A stretch of 64,000 bases of DNA, from the sequence record OP902294.1. One strand, written 5' to 3'. This DNA is from Staphylococcus phage BSwM-KMM1. Both the position numbers and the translations under genes were made by a program. This document shows, in pieces, positions 1 through 10,566 of this stretch. The notes under the pieces were generated by a model that was not told where the DNA came from, did no database searches, and saw nothing but the letters and a program-made list of their open reading frames with translations. The first letter of the stretch is position 1. Each line of letters starts with the position of its first letter.

Positions 1-792
1 ATTTTCTGAGGATAATATTTATACAGGTACAGTAGAGAGTATAATAGGAGATGTTACTACAAGTAGTATAAATACTGAACCTAGTATTCCTAATACTACG
101 AATACTATAATACCTGATGAATCTAGTGCTACAAACCCTACAAACCCTACAAACCCTACAAACCCTACAAACCTTATATTACCTAGTGAACCTAGTGAAT
201 CTATTACTACAAACCCTACATTACCAAGTGAACCTAATACCCCGATAGAAAATCAGGAGGAGCCACTAGTACCTGATAACAACCAAGAGGGAACGGATAA
301 CCCAAATCCTCCGCCTCCAGGGTATACAGATGAAGAAGGTGGAAGAGGTTCAGGTGGAGGAGGAAATGTTGAACAACCTCCAACAGAAGAGCCTTCAGAT
401 AATGGTAATACTGACCTAGGTGAAGAGGAAGAAAAACCTGACCTAGGAGAAGAACCATCAGATAATGATAATAATAATGAAGATAATGAAGAAGGTAATG
501 AAGAAGAAGTAACCCCTGAACCTGATAATACCCCTTCTGAGTCTGAACAACCTAATGAAAACACTGATGAAGATAAAGAAGAAAACCATCTGACAACTCA
601 GAAGAAAATGAAGAACCAGAAACAGAACCAACAGAACCAACAGAACCTGATAAACCTTCAGAACCGGACGATAAAGTGGACGAAGAGGGTAAAAATGAAG
701 AAACTCCAGGGGATAAACAGCCAATAGAACAACCGGACGATAAAGCGGACGATAATAACATAGGTAATGAAGATAAAACTGAAGAGGAGTAA
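1..792 (+). CDS. C-terminal part of a large acidic, low-complexity protein whose start lies upstream of the window. It is D/E/N/P-rich and contains a (TNP)n repeat. An apparent frameshift sits in an A-run near 590-600.
   Basis: An open frame runs from base 2 and, after a -1 shift at ~595, continues to the TAA at 790-792. Codon usage matches the rest of the phage and a terminator follows the stop. Confidence 0.5.
131..175 (+). repeat. 9-bp tandem repeat (ACAAACCCT) x5, encoding TNPTNPTNPTNPTNL, with an extra isolated copy at 211-219.
   Basis: Direct reading of the sequence: four perfect copies and one degenerate copy. Confidence 0.9.
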
Positions 793-808
793 CTACTCCT
801 CTTTTTTG
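784..808 (+). terminator. Rho-independent terminator: GAGGAGT/ACTCCTC stem, 4-nt loop, T6 run.
   Basis: Inverted repeat 784-801 followed by TTTTTTGTTT. The gene's stop codon lies within the stem. Confidence 0.7.
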
Positions 809-843
809 TTTGCTATATTAAATAAGAGCTAAGTATAAAAAAA

Positions 844-1233
844 TTGAACATTGCGGTGGTGGAAACTTTGTTAGAACCAAATATTATAACGTCACTATCA
901 GTAGTATTAACCTGTTTAAGTCTTTTAATTTTAATGGTTTTTGTTCATAGTAGATTCTCTAGTAAAAACGTTTTTGTTTTGTATGTAATTTATGCTATAA
1001 TAGGTGTAGGTTCATATGTAGCACTAACTATGTTCCAAACAACGTCTGTATTAATAAAAAATGATGTTATAGATTCTATAGAAAATACCGAACACTATGT
1101 AGGATTTAATGACCCTGTAATAATATTTACTATAAGTTTTATAGGAGCTATACTGGGTGGTATATGGTATAAGGCTATGAAAATCGTTAAGAAAAGTAAC
1201 TTTAAAGATAAAAAAGAAAAAGACGGTGAATAG
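844..1233 (+). CDS. Small integral membrane protein (~3 predicted TM helices).
   Basis: 129-aa ORF with long hydrophobic stretches (LSVVLTCLSLLILMVFV, VIYAIIGVGSYVALTMF, IIFTISFIGAILGGIW). TTG start as called, so the true start is uncertain. Confidence 0.45.
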   Translation: MNIAVVETLLEPNIITSLSVVLTCLSLLILMVFVHSRFSSKNVFVLYVIYAIIGVGSYVALTMFQTTSVLIKNDVIDSIENTEHYVGFNDPVIIFTISFIGAILGGIWYKAMKIVKKSNFKDKKEKDGE

Positions 1234-1605
1234 GTTGATATTCTCTAAAGATAAAAAATGGGATGAAGCAAAAGACTTTATTAAAGGTCAAGGTATGCAA
1301 GATAATTGGATAGAGATTGTAGATTATTATAGGCAGATAGGTGGAAAACACGTAGCTGTTTTTATTGCTTTAGATAGAGTAAAATATATGATTTTAGAAG
1401 CTACTAGGGATGATAAAGTAATACTAGTAGACAAAGATAATAATATTTTATTAGAAGACTATAGTATTGTAATGGAAAGTAAAAAATGTTTTATTATATA
1501 GAAGAACCTTTCGAGGTTAAAATAAATATACCTCAACATATAAGAGAGGTAACATATAATAATACTGTTGTACTAACCACAGTAAGAGGGAGTAGAGGTG
1601 ACTAA
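1226..1605 (+). CDS. Hypothetical protein (~126 aa), frameshifted at an A6 run near 1487.
   Basis: The 91-aa ORF 1226-1501 continues after a 1-nt shift into EEPFEVKINIPQHIREVTYNNTVVLTTVRGSRGD*. Confidence 0.35.
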
Positions 1606-1608
1606 TAA

Positions 1609-3291
1609 TTGGCAGATTTATTTAAGCAATTTAGATTAGGTAAGGATTATAGTAACGATACTATTGCACAAGTACCTATTGATGAAGGATTACAAGCTAA
1701 CATAAAGAAAATAGAACAAGATAATAAAGAATACCAAGATATAACTAAGTCCTTATATGGTCAGCAACAAGCTTATGCAGAGCCATTTATTGAAATGATG
1801 GATACTAATCCTGAGTTTAGAGATAAAAGAAGTTATATGAAGAATGAACATAATTTACATGATGTTCTTAAAAGTTTGGTAATAACCCTATTCTTAATGC
1901 TATCATACTTACACGTTCTAATCAAGTAGCTATGTATTGCCAACCGGCAAGATATTCTGAAAAAGGTTTAGGATTTGAAGTTAGGTTACGTGATTTAGAT
2001 GCTGAGCCAGGCAGAAAAGAAAAAGAAGAAATGAAGAGAATCGAAGATTTTATTGTTAATACAGGAAGAGATAAAGATGTAGACAGAGATTCTTTCCAAA
2101 CATTCTGTAAAAAAGTTGTAAGAGATACTTATATATATGACCAAGTTAACTTTGAGAAAGTATTCAATAAAAAAATAAGACTAAATTAGAGAAATTTATA
2201 GCTGTAGACCCTTCTACTATATTCTATGCCACTGATAAAAAGGTAAAATTATTAAAGGTGGAAAACGTTTTGTTCAGGTCGTAGATAAGAGAGTCGTAGC
2301 TAGTTTTACCTCTAGAGAATTAGCAATGGGGATAAGAAACCCAAGAACAGAATTAACATCGTCAGGGTATGGACTATCCGAAGTAGAAATAGCTATGAAA
2401 GAATTTATTGCATATAATAATACAGAATCTTTTAACGATAGATTCTTCTCTCATGGTGGAACTACTAGAGGTATTTTACAGATACGTTCAGACCAACAAC
2501 AATCACAACATGCCCTAGAGAACTTTAAGCGTGAATGGAAGTCTAGTTTATCAGGTATTAATGGCTCATGGCAAATTCCTGTGGTAATGGCAGACGATAT
2601 TAAATTTGTCAATATGACACCAACAGCTAATGATATGCAATTTGAGAAATGGTTAAACTACCTTATTAACATTATATCTGCTTTATATGGTATTGACCCT
2701 GCAGAAATAGGCTTCCCTAATAGAGGAGGAGCTACAGGTTCTAAAGGTGGTTCAACTTTAAACGAAGCTGACCCAGGTAAAAAACAACAACAATCACAAA
2801 ATAAAGGATTACAACCTTTACTTAAATTCATAGAGGATTTAGTAAATAGACACATAGTATCAGAATATGGAGATAAATATACTTTCCAATTTGTTGGTGG
2901 AGATACTAAGAGTGCCACAGATAAACTTAATATCCTTAAACTTGAAACTCAAATATTTAAAACAGTAAATGAAGCTAGAGAAGAGCAAGGTAAGAAACCT
3001 ATTGAAGGCGGAGACATTATTTTAGATGCTTCATTCTTACAAGGAACAGCTCAACTACAACAAGAGAAACAATATGATGACGGTAAACAAAAAGAACGTT
3101 TACAAATGATGATGAGTTTACTAGAAGGAGATAATGAAGACTCCGGAGAAGAGCAATCACAAGGTTCCGATAGTGATAAAGAAATAGGAACAGATGCTCA
3201 GATAAAAGGTGACGATAATGTATATCGTACACAAACATCTAATAAAGGTCAAGGAAGAAAAGGAGAAAAATCTTCTGACTTTAAACATTAA
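1609..3291 (+). CDS. Portal protein (~561 aa) broken into 3-4 ORFs by frameshifts near 1905-1930, 2190 and 2285.
   Basis: Fragments 1609-1929, 1932-2189 and 2326-3291 are collinear and together give ~561 aa. The position is immediately upstream of the prohead protease and capsid gene, the size is typical of Twort-like portals, and a TTG start has an AGAGGTG RBS. Confidence 0.8.
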
Positions 3292-3296
3292 TAACT

Positions 3297-3332
3297 AAGC
3301 CTAGTTTTATGCTAGGCTTAATTTATTTTTTG
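3297..3332 (+). terminator. Rho-independent terminator after the portal gene.
   Basis: AAGCCTAG / CTAGGCTT stem with a 7-nt loop, followed by TTTATTTTTTG. Confidence 0.75.
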
Positions 3333-3342
3333 TTAATTTAAT

Positions 3343-3371
3343 TTTGATAAAGATAATAATTATGGTATACT
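3343..3371 (+). promoter_or_regulatory. Sigma-A-like promoter (TTTTGATA ... TGGTATACT).
   Basis: -35-like TTGATA and an extended -10 TGgTATACT with suboptimal 15-17 nt spacing. A long A/T-rich 5'UTR runs to the protease gene. Confidence 0.5.
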
Positions 3372-3471
3372 ATATGTAATTGATATTAATGTTAAATACA
3401 TAAAAATATTAATATTTCACTTACAAGTTATAATTGTTATATTATTAACGTAAAAGTAAATAAAATAACAA

Positions 3472-4254
3472 ATGGAGGTGCAACCACCTTTGGAAGAAAT
3501 GAAATTTAAAGCTTTTATGAATGTAGATGTAGAGAAATCCACTACTACAGAAAATAAAAGCAATATTATAATTAAAGGTATGGCATCCACTGGTTCTTTG
3601 GACTTAGGTAACGATATAGTAGACCCTAAGGGTATAGATATCAGTTATTTTGTTGACCATGGTTACATAAATGATAACCATGATAAGAATAAAATTATCG
3701 GATACCCAACTAAGAATTGTAGTGTTACCCCTGAAGGTCTTTATGTAGAAGGTGAGCTTTTTAGAGATAATGAAAATGTTCAGAAATACATGGAGCTTGC
3801 AGATAATTTAGAGAAATCTAATAGTGGTAGGAAAGTAGGAATGTCTATAGAAGGTTCTGTGAGAGCTAGAAATAGAAATGATAATAGAGTTATAGAAGCT
3901 ATCCTTATTACAGGATTAGCTTTAACTCCTAATCCTATGAATACTACAGCAACGATAGATACAGTAATTAAATCTTTCTTAACAGGTCATGGTACTTCAC
4001 CTGACACTCAAGAGGATGCAGGAGCTTTAAGAAGAGAAGAACTAGCATCTAGTATTACAAACTTAGCATATGTTACTAAGATTAAAGATTTAAAAGAGTT
4101 TAATGATGTATGGAATGGTGTTGTTGAGGATTTGAGTAAATCTAATAGTATGGGGTATGAGGAATCAGTCCTTACACTACAACTAGCTAAAGGTTTATCT
4201 CGTAAAGATGCAGAACTAGCAGTAATGGATATAAACAAACAAAAACTAGAATAG
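3472..4254 (+). CDS. Prohead (maturation) protease.
   Basis: 260-aa ORF located between the portal and the scaffold/capsid genes. An alternative start at ATG 3499 (MKFKAF...) is possible, giving ~251 aa. Confidence 0.7.
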   Translation: MEVQPPLEEMKFKAFMNVDVEKSTTTENKSNIIIKGMASTGSLDLGNDIVDPKGIDISYFVDHGYINDNHDKNKIIGYPTKNCSVTPEGLYVEGELFRDNENVQKYMELADNLEKSNSGRKVGMSIEGSVRARNRNDNRVIEAILITGLALTPNPMNTTATIDTVIKSFLTGHGTSPDTQEDAGALRREELASSITNLAYVTKIKDLKEFNDVWNGVVEDLSKSNSMGYEESVLTLQLAKGLSRKDAELAVMDINKQKLE

Positions 4255-4273
4255 GTAAGGAGAATACATTCTA

Positions 4274-5208
4274 TGAGTAAAGAAATGAAAAATATTTTAG
4301 AAGAGTATGACAAGTTAAATGCTCACGAGGAAGTTTCGAAATCTGTAGATGAAGATGAAAAAATACAGTAGAAGCTACCGAAGAACAAGTAGCAGAAACA
4401 ACTGAGGAGCCTGCTAAAGAACCTGAAAAGGTTACTGAAGAAGATGCTAAAGAAGCACAAGAGCAAGGTGAAAAAGTTGAGTCTGAAGAGGTGTCTGAAG
4501 AAGACGTTGAGAAATCAACTAAAGAATCTAAAGACCCAGTAGACAAAAAGATACTAAAACAGAAGATAAAGACAACGAGAAACGTAAGAACAAGAAAGAT
4601 AAAGATTCTGACGGAGACGAAGAAGACGAAGATAACGACTCTAAAGATAAAAAAGAAGATAAGAAAGAAAAAACATCTAAATCAATTTCTGATGAAGATA
4701 TCTTAGTCGGATTTAAAACTATTTTGAAATCTTTTGAAAATTTAAATGAAGAGAAAAAGAGTTTGCTACTAAATCTGAAGTTGAAGAATTAAGTAAATCA
4801 ATTAAAGAATTATCAGCTAAACTTGACACTCAAGATAAAGAAGATGTTTCTAAATCAGTAGATAATGCTGAAGATGAAGCTGTAGAAAAATCAGTTACAT
4901 CTACAAATGGGGAACAAGAAAAAGTAGAAGGTTATGTTGCTAAGTCAGTAGATGCTGAAGAACAAGCTGAAACTGGAGAAGCAAAATCAGAAGAAGCTGA
5001 AGCAGTACAAGAAGATAACACATTTAAAGGTTTAAGTCAAGAAGAGAGAACTAAGTTCATGGATGCTTATAAAACACAAGCTAAAGACCCTAGAGCATCT
5101 AAGCATGACTTACAATCAGCATACCAATCTTATTTAAATGTTAACACTGACCCTACTAATGCATCAGAGAAAGATATTAAAACTGTAAAAGACTTTGCAC
5201 AAATTTAA
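4274..5208 (+). CDS. Acidic coiled-coil, scaffold-like head protein (~310 aa) with frameshifts near 4370, 4600 and 4760.
   Basis: Collinear E/K/D-rich fragments (MSKEMKNILEEYDKLNAHEE..., ...EDEDNDSKDKKEDKKEKTSK..., ...SKSVDNAEDEAVEKSV...DPTNASEKDIKTVKDFAQI*). A strong RBS GGTAAGGAG sits before ATG 4274, and the position before the capsid gene is typical for a scaffold. Confidence 0.5.
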
Positions 5209-5323
5209 TTAACATACAAAGTTGTGTTATATTATACGGTGTAACTAAAGAATATAAATAGGGTACATTTTACTGTACCCTACATAAAATAAAAAGAACA
5301 CAAATGAAAGGTGATAAATTTAT

Positions 5324-6715
5324 ATGACTATCGAAAAGAACCTGTCAGACGTTCAACAAAAGTACGCTGACCAATTCCAAGAAGACGTAGTAAAGTCATT
5401 CCAAACTGGTTATGGAATCACTCCTGACACACAAATTGACGCAGGAGCTTTACGTAGAGAAATTTTAGATGACCAAATCACAATGTTAACATGGACTAAT
5501 GAAGACTTAATCTTCTATCGTGATATTTCAAGACGTCCTGCCCAATCAACAGTAGTTAAATATGACCAATATTTACGTCACGGTAACGTAGGTCACTCTC
5601 GTTTCGTTAAAGAAATTGGAGTAGCACCAGTATCTGACCCTAATATCCGTCAAAAAACTGTATCAATGAAATACGTTTCTGATACTAAAAATATGTCAAT
5701 TGCATCAGGTTTAGTAAATAACATTGCTGACCCATCACAAATCCTTACAGAAGATGCTATCGCAGTTGTTGCAAAAACAATTGAGTGGGCTTCATTCTAC
5801 GGTGACGCTTCATTAACTTCTGAAGTTGAAGGTGAAGGTTTAGAGTTTGATGGTTTAGCTAAATTAATTGACAAAAATAACGTGATTAACGCTAAAGGTG
5901 AACAATTAACAGAACGTCACCTAAATGAGGCGACGGTTCGTATCGGTAAAGGTTTCGGTACAGCTACAGATGCTTACATGCCTATCGGTGTACACGCAGA
6001 CTTCGTTAACTCAATCTTAGGTCGTCAAATGCAATTAATGCAAGATAACAGCGGTAACGTTAATACTGGTTACAGTGTAAATGGTTTCTACTCATCTCGT
6101 GGATTCATTAAATTACATGGTTCTACAGTAATGGAAAATGAATTAATCTTAGATGAATCATTACAACCATTACCAAACGCTCCACAACCTGCAAAAGTTT
6201 CAGCTACAGTTGAAACTAAACAAAAAGGTGCTTTCGAAGATGAAGAAGACCGTGCAGGATTATCATATAAAGTAGTAGTTAACTCAGATGACGCTCAATC
6301 AGCTCCTTCTGAAGAAGTAACAGCTACAGTATCTAACGCTGACGATGGTGTTAAATTAACAATTAATGTTAACGCTATGTACCAACAACAACCACAATTC
6401 GTATCTATCTACCGTCAAGGTAAGAAAACAGGTATGTACTTCTTAATCAAACGTGTACCAGTTAAAGATGCTCAAGAAGACGGTTCAATTATTTTCGTAG
6501 ATAAAAACGAAACATTACCTGAAACAGCAGACGTATTCGTTGGTGAAATGTCACCACAAGTAGTTCACTTATTCGAATTACTTCCAATGATGAAATTACC
6601 ATTAGCTCAAATTAATGCTTCTATTACATTTGCAGTATTATGGTATGGTGCATTAGCATTACGTGCTCCTAAAAAATGGGCTCGTATTAAAAACGTTCGT
6701 TATATCGCAGTTTAA
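5324..6715 (+). CDS. Major capsid protein (463 aa).
   Basis: Intact ORF with RBS AAAGGTGA. Its N-terminus (MTIEKNLSDVQQKYADQF...), length and position match the Twort-like/phage K major capsid protein as I recall it. A strong terminator follows. Confidence 0.9.
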   Translation: MTIEKNLSDVQQKYADQFQEDVVKSFQTGYGITPDTQIDAGALRREILDDQITMLTWTNEDLIFYRDISRRPAQSTVVKYDQYLRHGNVGHSRFVKEIGVAPVSDPNIRQKTVSMKYVSDTKNMSIASGLVNNIADPSQILTEDAIAVVAKTIEWASFYGDASLTSEVEGEGLEFDGLAKLIDKNNVINAKGEQLTERHLNEATVRIGKGFGTATDAYMPIGVHADFVNSILGRQMQLMQDNSGNVNTGYSVNGFYSSRGFIKLHGSTVMENELILDESLQPLPNAPQPAKVSATVETKQKGAFEDEEDRAGLSYKVVVNSDDAQSAPSEEVTATVSNADDGVKLTINVNAMYQQQPQFVSIYRQGKKTGMYFLIKRVPVKDAQEDGSIIFVDKNETLPETADVFVGEMSPQVVHLFELLPMMKLPLAQINASITFAVLWYGALALRAPKKWARIKNVRYIAV

Positions 6716-6746
6716 TAGAATAAGAAAAACTGAATACAAAAGAATA

Positions 6747-6777
6747 GGGATAAACTTAGGGTTTATCCCTTTTTATT
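6747..6777 (+). terminator. Rho-independent terminator after the capsid gene.
   Basis: GGGATAAAC-tta-GTTTATCCC perfect 9-bp stem followed by TTTTTATT. Confidence 0.85.
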
Positions 6778-6805
6778 AAAATAAATTTGAAGGGACGCAA
6801 TAAAT

Positions 6806-7039
6806 ATGTTATACTATAAGAAACTAATAGGTAAAAAAATGGCTACCGTTTATGGTACAGTAGAAATTGACAAAGACGGTGTAGTTAAAGGGTTAACTAA
6901 AGAACAAGAAAAAGAATTTGAAAATGTTCCTGGTTTTGAATTAGAAGAAGAAAAGAAAGCCTCTACTAGAAAAACTACAAGTACTACTAGAAAATCAACA
7001 GCACGTAAAACAACAGCCAAAAAAGATGAAAATAAGTAA
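6806..7039 (+). CDS. Small K/T-rich hypothetical protein.
   Basis: 77-aa ORF; an alternative start at ATG 6839 is possible. Confidence 0.35.
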   Translation: MLYYKKLIGKKMATVYGTVEIDKDGVVKGLTKEQEKEFENVPGFELEEEKKASTRKTTSTTRKSTARKTTAKKDENK

Positions 7040-7051
7040 AGGGTGAATTAA

Positions 7052-7958
7052 ATGGTTAACTCAATGTTCGGAGGGGACTTAGACCCTTATGAGAAATCAT
7101 TAAACTATGAATATCCTTATCACCCATCAGGTAACCCTAAACATATAGATGTAAGTGAAATAGATAACTTAACATTAGCTGATTATGGATGGTCACCTGA
7201 TGCAGTTAAAGCTTATATGTTCGGTATCACAGTACAAAATCCTGATACAGGACAACCTATGGGTGATGAGTTTTATAATCACATATTGGAAAGAGCAGTA
7301 GGTAAAGCAGAGAGAGCTTTAGATATATCTATATTACCTGACACACAACATGAGATGAGAGATTATCATGAGACAGAATTTAATAGTTATATGTTTGTAC
7401 ATGCATACAGAAAACCTATTTTACAAGTAGAAAACCTACAACTACAGTTTAATGGGAGACCTATATATAAATATCCTGCTAACTGGTGGAAAGTAGAGCA
7501 CCTAGCAGGACATGTACAGTTATTCCCAACAGCACTAATGCAAACAGGACAATCAATGTCATATGATGCTGTATTTAATGGGTACCCACAATTAGCAGGT
7601 GTATACCCACCATCAGGAGCAACCTTTGCACCTCAGATGATACAGTTAGAATATGTATCCGGAATGTTGCCACGTAAAAAGCAGGAAGAAACAAGCCATG
7701 GGAAATGCCCCTGAATTAGAACAATTAGTTATAAAATATGCACTGAAAGAGATATATCAAGTATGGGGTAACCTAATTATTGGTGCCGGTATTGCTAATA
7801 AAACATTAGAAGTAGATGGCATTACAGAAACAATTGGTACTACACAATCTGCCATGTATGGTGGGGCTAGTGCTCAAATACTTCAACTCAGTGATGATAT
7901 AAAAGAAATACTAGAGGGATTAAGAGCTTATTTCGGATATAATATGATAGGATTATAA
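7052..7958 (+). CDS. Hypothetical head/neck structural protein (~302 aa), frameshifted in an A5 run near 7690.
   Basis: ORFs 7052-7714 and 7653-7958 are collinear and overlap across an A-run. RBS AAGGGTGA. Confidence 0.5.
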
Positions 7959-7971
7959 GGAGGGTTACGAA

Positions 7972-8849
7972 ATGGAAAAACCATATATGCTAGGAGCCAC
8001 TTCTAACCCTAATATTATTAATAAGTCAACGTCATATAATACTATAACACAAGCAGATGAACAGGATAAACCTAAGTATACTACTAGATTAGAGTTTGAT
8101 ACTATTGATATGATTAGGTTTATTAATGACCGAGGTATAAAAGTATTATGGGAAGAAGCATATTTCTGTCCTTGTCTTAACCCTGATTCAGGTCACCCTA
8201 GGGTAGATTGTCCTAGATGCCACGGTAAAGGCATTGCCTACTTACCTCCTAAAGAGACTATAATGGCAATACAATCCCAAGAGAAGGGTACTAATCAATT
8301 AGATATAGGAATACTTGATACAGGTACAGCAATCGGCACAACTCAATTAGAGAAAAGAATATCTTATAGAGATAGGTTTACTGTTCCTGAAGTGTTAATG
8401 CCTCAACAAATGGTATACTTTGTTAATAAGGATAGAATAAAAAAGGTGTACCTTTATACTACGATGTTCAAGAAGTGACTTATATTACCACACAAGATGG
8501 TACAATATATGAGGAAGATTATAAAATTGAAAATAATAGGTTATATCTAAATGAGAAATATGAAAATCATACAGTATCGTTAAAAATACTTATGACTTTA
8601 AGATATGTAGTTTCAGACATACTAAAAGAAAGTCGTTACCAATATACTAAATTTAATCAGCCTAAAACTAAGTTTGAGAACTTACCTCAAAAACTACTTC
8701 TTAAACGAGAAGATGTTATTGTATTACCTGCCCCTTATAAAGTAAATGATGGTATAGAAAAAGACCTAGAAATTCAAGTAGAAGACCCTAAAGCTTCTGC
8801 ATCTAACCCAAGTAATTTAGGTGGATTCTTCGGAGGTGCATTTAAATAA
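7972..8849 (+). CDS. Hypothetical head-tail protein (~292 aa) with a CxC...CxxC zinc-ribbon motif, frameshifted at an A6 run near 8445.
   Basis: ORFs 7972-8478 and 8475-8849 join after correcting AAAAAAGG. The motif CPCLNPDSGHPRVDCPRCHGKG is present. Confidence 0.5.
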
Positions 8850-9468
8850 TGCCAGTTCATGGAAAAAGACCTAACTTATTTAAAAATAAAAACTATAAGC
8901 AGGTAGGTAGAAAAACAATTGATGGTATGCGTTCAGAGGTACTAGATAAATTACAAGCAACAGCTCAACAAGTAGAAAACACTAGTATTAAACGTATGCC
9001 TACTTACCTCCAAGTCACAGAGAAGAAACTTGAAAATGATGGAGTAGTAGACCTTAAAAAGCGTTTGCTCATTCATCTAAAAAGAAAACTAGTAAAGATG
9101 GCGGATGGTACTTAACTGTACCAATACGTATTAAAACTAGTAGAATGAATAATAGTACCTATCAAGACATGAGAAAACTAAAGGTAGATACAAATACTGG
9201 TTCAGTTTCTAAGATAACAGATTATCTAGAAGGAAGAAGAAAAAATGTAAGTAATCCTTCTATGAAACCGGAGCCTATGACACATAACATGACTAAAGTT
9301 AAAAGAGGTAAACAATCCTCCTACTTCATTTTCCGAACAGTTTCTAGTAAATCACCTGCAAGTTCTTGGATACTAAATAGAGATAAAGTTAATGGAAATA
9401 ATTTCTCTAAAACAACCTTGAAAAATGTTAAACAATTAATGAATTGGAAAATGAAAAACTTAACTTAA
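8849..9468 (+). CDS. Basic hypothetical structural protein (~206 aa), frameshifted near 9058.
   Basis: ORFs 8849-9115 and 9145-9468 are joined by a continuous frame across an A5 run. Confidence 0.4.
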
Positions 9469-9488
9469 AAGGAAAGAGGAATTACTAA

Positions 9489-10325
9489 ATGGCAATAACA
9501 TCAGTTGATTCATATTTATTATCAGAAATAAAGCCTAGACTGAACACTGTGCTAGAGAATTGTTATATTATAGATGAAGTTTTAAAAGACTTTGATTATC
9601 AAACTAGAGAGAGTTTTAAAGAAGCTTTCTGTGGTAAGAATGCACAACATGAAGTAACTGTAGGATTTAACTTCCCAAAATTTAAAAATAACTATGAAGC
9701 TCATTACTTGATACAATTAGGTCAAGGACAAGAGACAAAAAACTCTTTAGGGAGTATTCAGTCATCTTACTTTGAGGCAACAGGAGATACCTTAGTCGAA
9801 TCTTCTACAGCAGTAAGAGAAGATGATAAGTTAGTTTTTACTGTTTCTAAACCAATAGGAGAGTTAATAAAAGTAGAGGATATAGAGTTTGCCAAGTATG
9901 ACAATCTTAAAGTAGAAGGTAATAAAATTTATTTTAGATACCAATCTAACGAGGATTATGAAAATTACAATGCAAACATTATATTTACTGAAAAGAAAAA
10001 TGATTCTAAAGGTTTAGTAAAAGGGTTTACAGTTGAAGAGCAAGTAACAGTTGTTGGTTTATCATACAATGTAGATGTTGCAAGATGCTTAGATGCTGTA
10101 CTAAAAATGATTTTAATATCTATGAGAGATAGTATAGAAGAGCAACAAACCTTCCAATTACAAAACCTCTCTTTTGGTGATATAGCTCCAATCATAGAAG
10201 AAGGAGACTCAATGATTTTTGGTAGACCAACAATTATTAGGTACACAAGTTCTTTAGATTTGGATTACACTATTACACAAGATATTAATAAGCTAACTTT
10301 TAAAGAAAGAAAGGATTGGAAGTAG
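9489..10325 (+). CDS. Hypothetical structural (neck/tail-terminator region) protein, 278 aa.
   Basis: Intact ORF with RBS GGAAAGAGGA. Confidence 0.55.
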   Translation: MAITSVDSYLLSEIKPRLNTVLENCYIIDEVLKDFDYQTRESFKEAFCGKNAQHEVTVGFNFPKFKNNYEAHYLIQLGQGQETKNSLGSIQSSYFEATGDTLVESSTAVREDDKLVFTVSKPIGELIKVEDIEFAKYDNLKVEGNKIYFRYQSNEDYENYNANIIFTEKKNDSKGLVKGFTVEEQVTVVGLSYNVDVARCLDAVLKMILISMRDSIEEQQTFQLQNLSFGDIAPIIEEGDSMIFGRPTIIRYTSSLDLDYTITQDINKLTFKERKDWK

Positions 10326-10326
10326 G

Positions 10327-10550
10327 ATGGCTAGAAAAAGACACCTGAAAATAACACTCCTAAATTTAATGGTTATGTTCATATAGATACATTCCTTGAT
10401 ACTGCAAAAACCCTTTTAACATGAAGGAGTCACAGGTAGCAGGATTTAAAGCCTATATGGAAGGTAGTCATTATTTGTTTAGTGAGCAAGAGTTCTTACC
10501 TTCATTAGAGAAATACCTAGGTAGGAAATTAGATATATAATAACATTCAG
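10327..10550 (+). CDS. Small hypothetical protein (~75 aa) interrupted by two A-run frameshifts.
   Basis: Collinear fragments MARKRH.. / ..PENNTPKFNGYVHIDTFLDTAKTLLT / ..KESQVAGFKAYMEGSHYLFSEQEFLPSLEKYLGRKLDI* fill the portal-to-sheath intergenic gap. Confidence 0.3.
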
Positions 10551-10566
10551 ATAAGGAGAATTAAAT

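Noticed and set aside
234-761. Four overlapping minus-strand ORFs (74-103 aa) opposite the acidic repeat protein.
   Set aside because: They are antisense to a purine-rich, GAA/GAT-rich coding region. They are low-complexity (S/L/F-rich), have no RBS, and are typical antisense artefacts.
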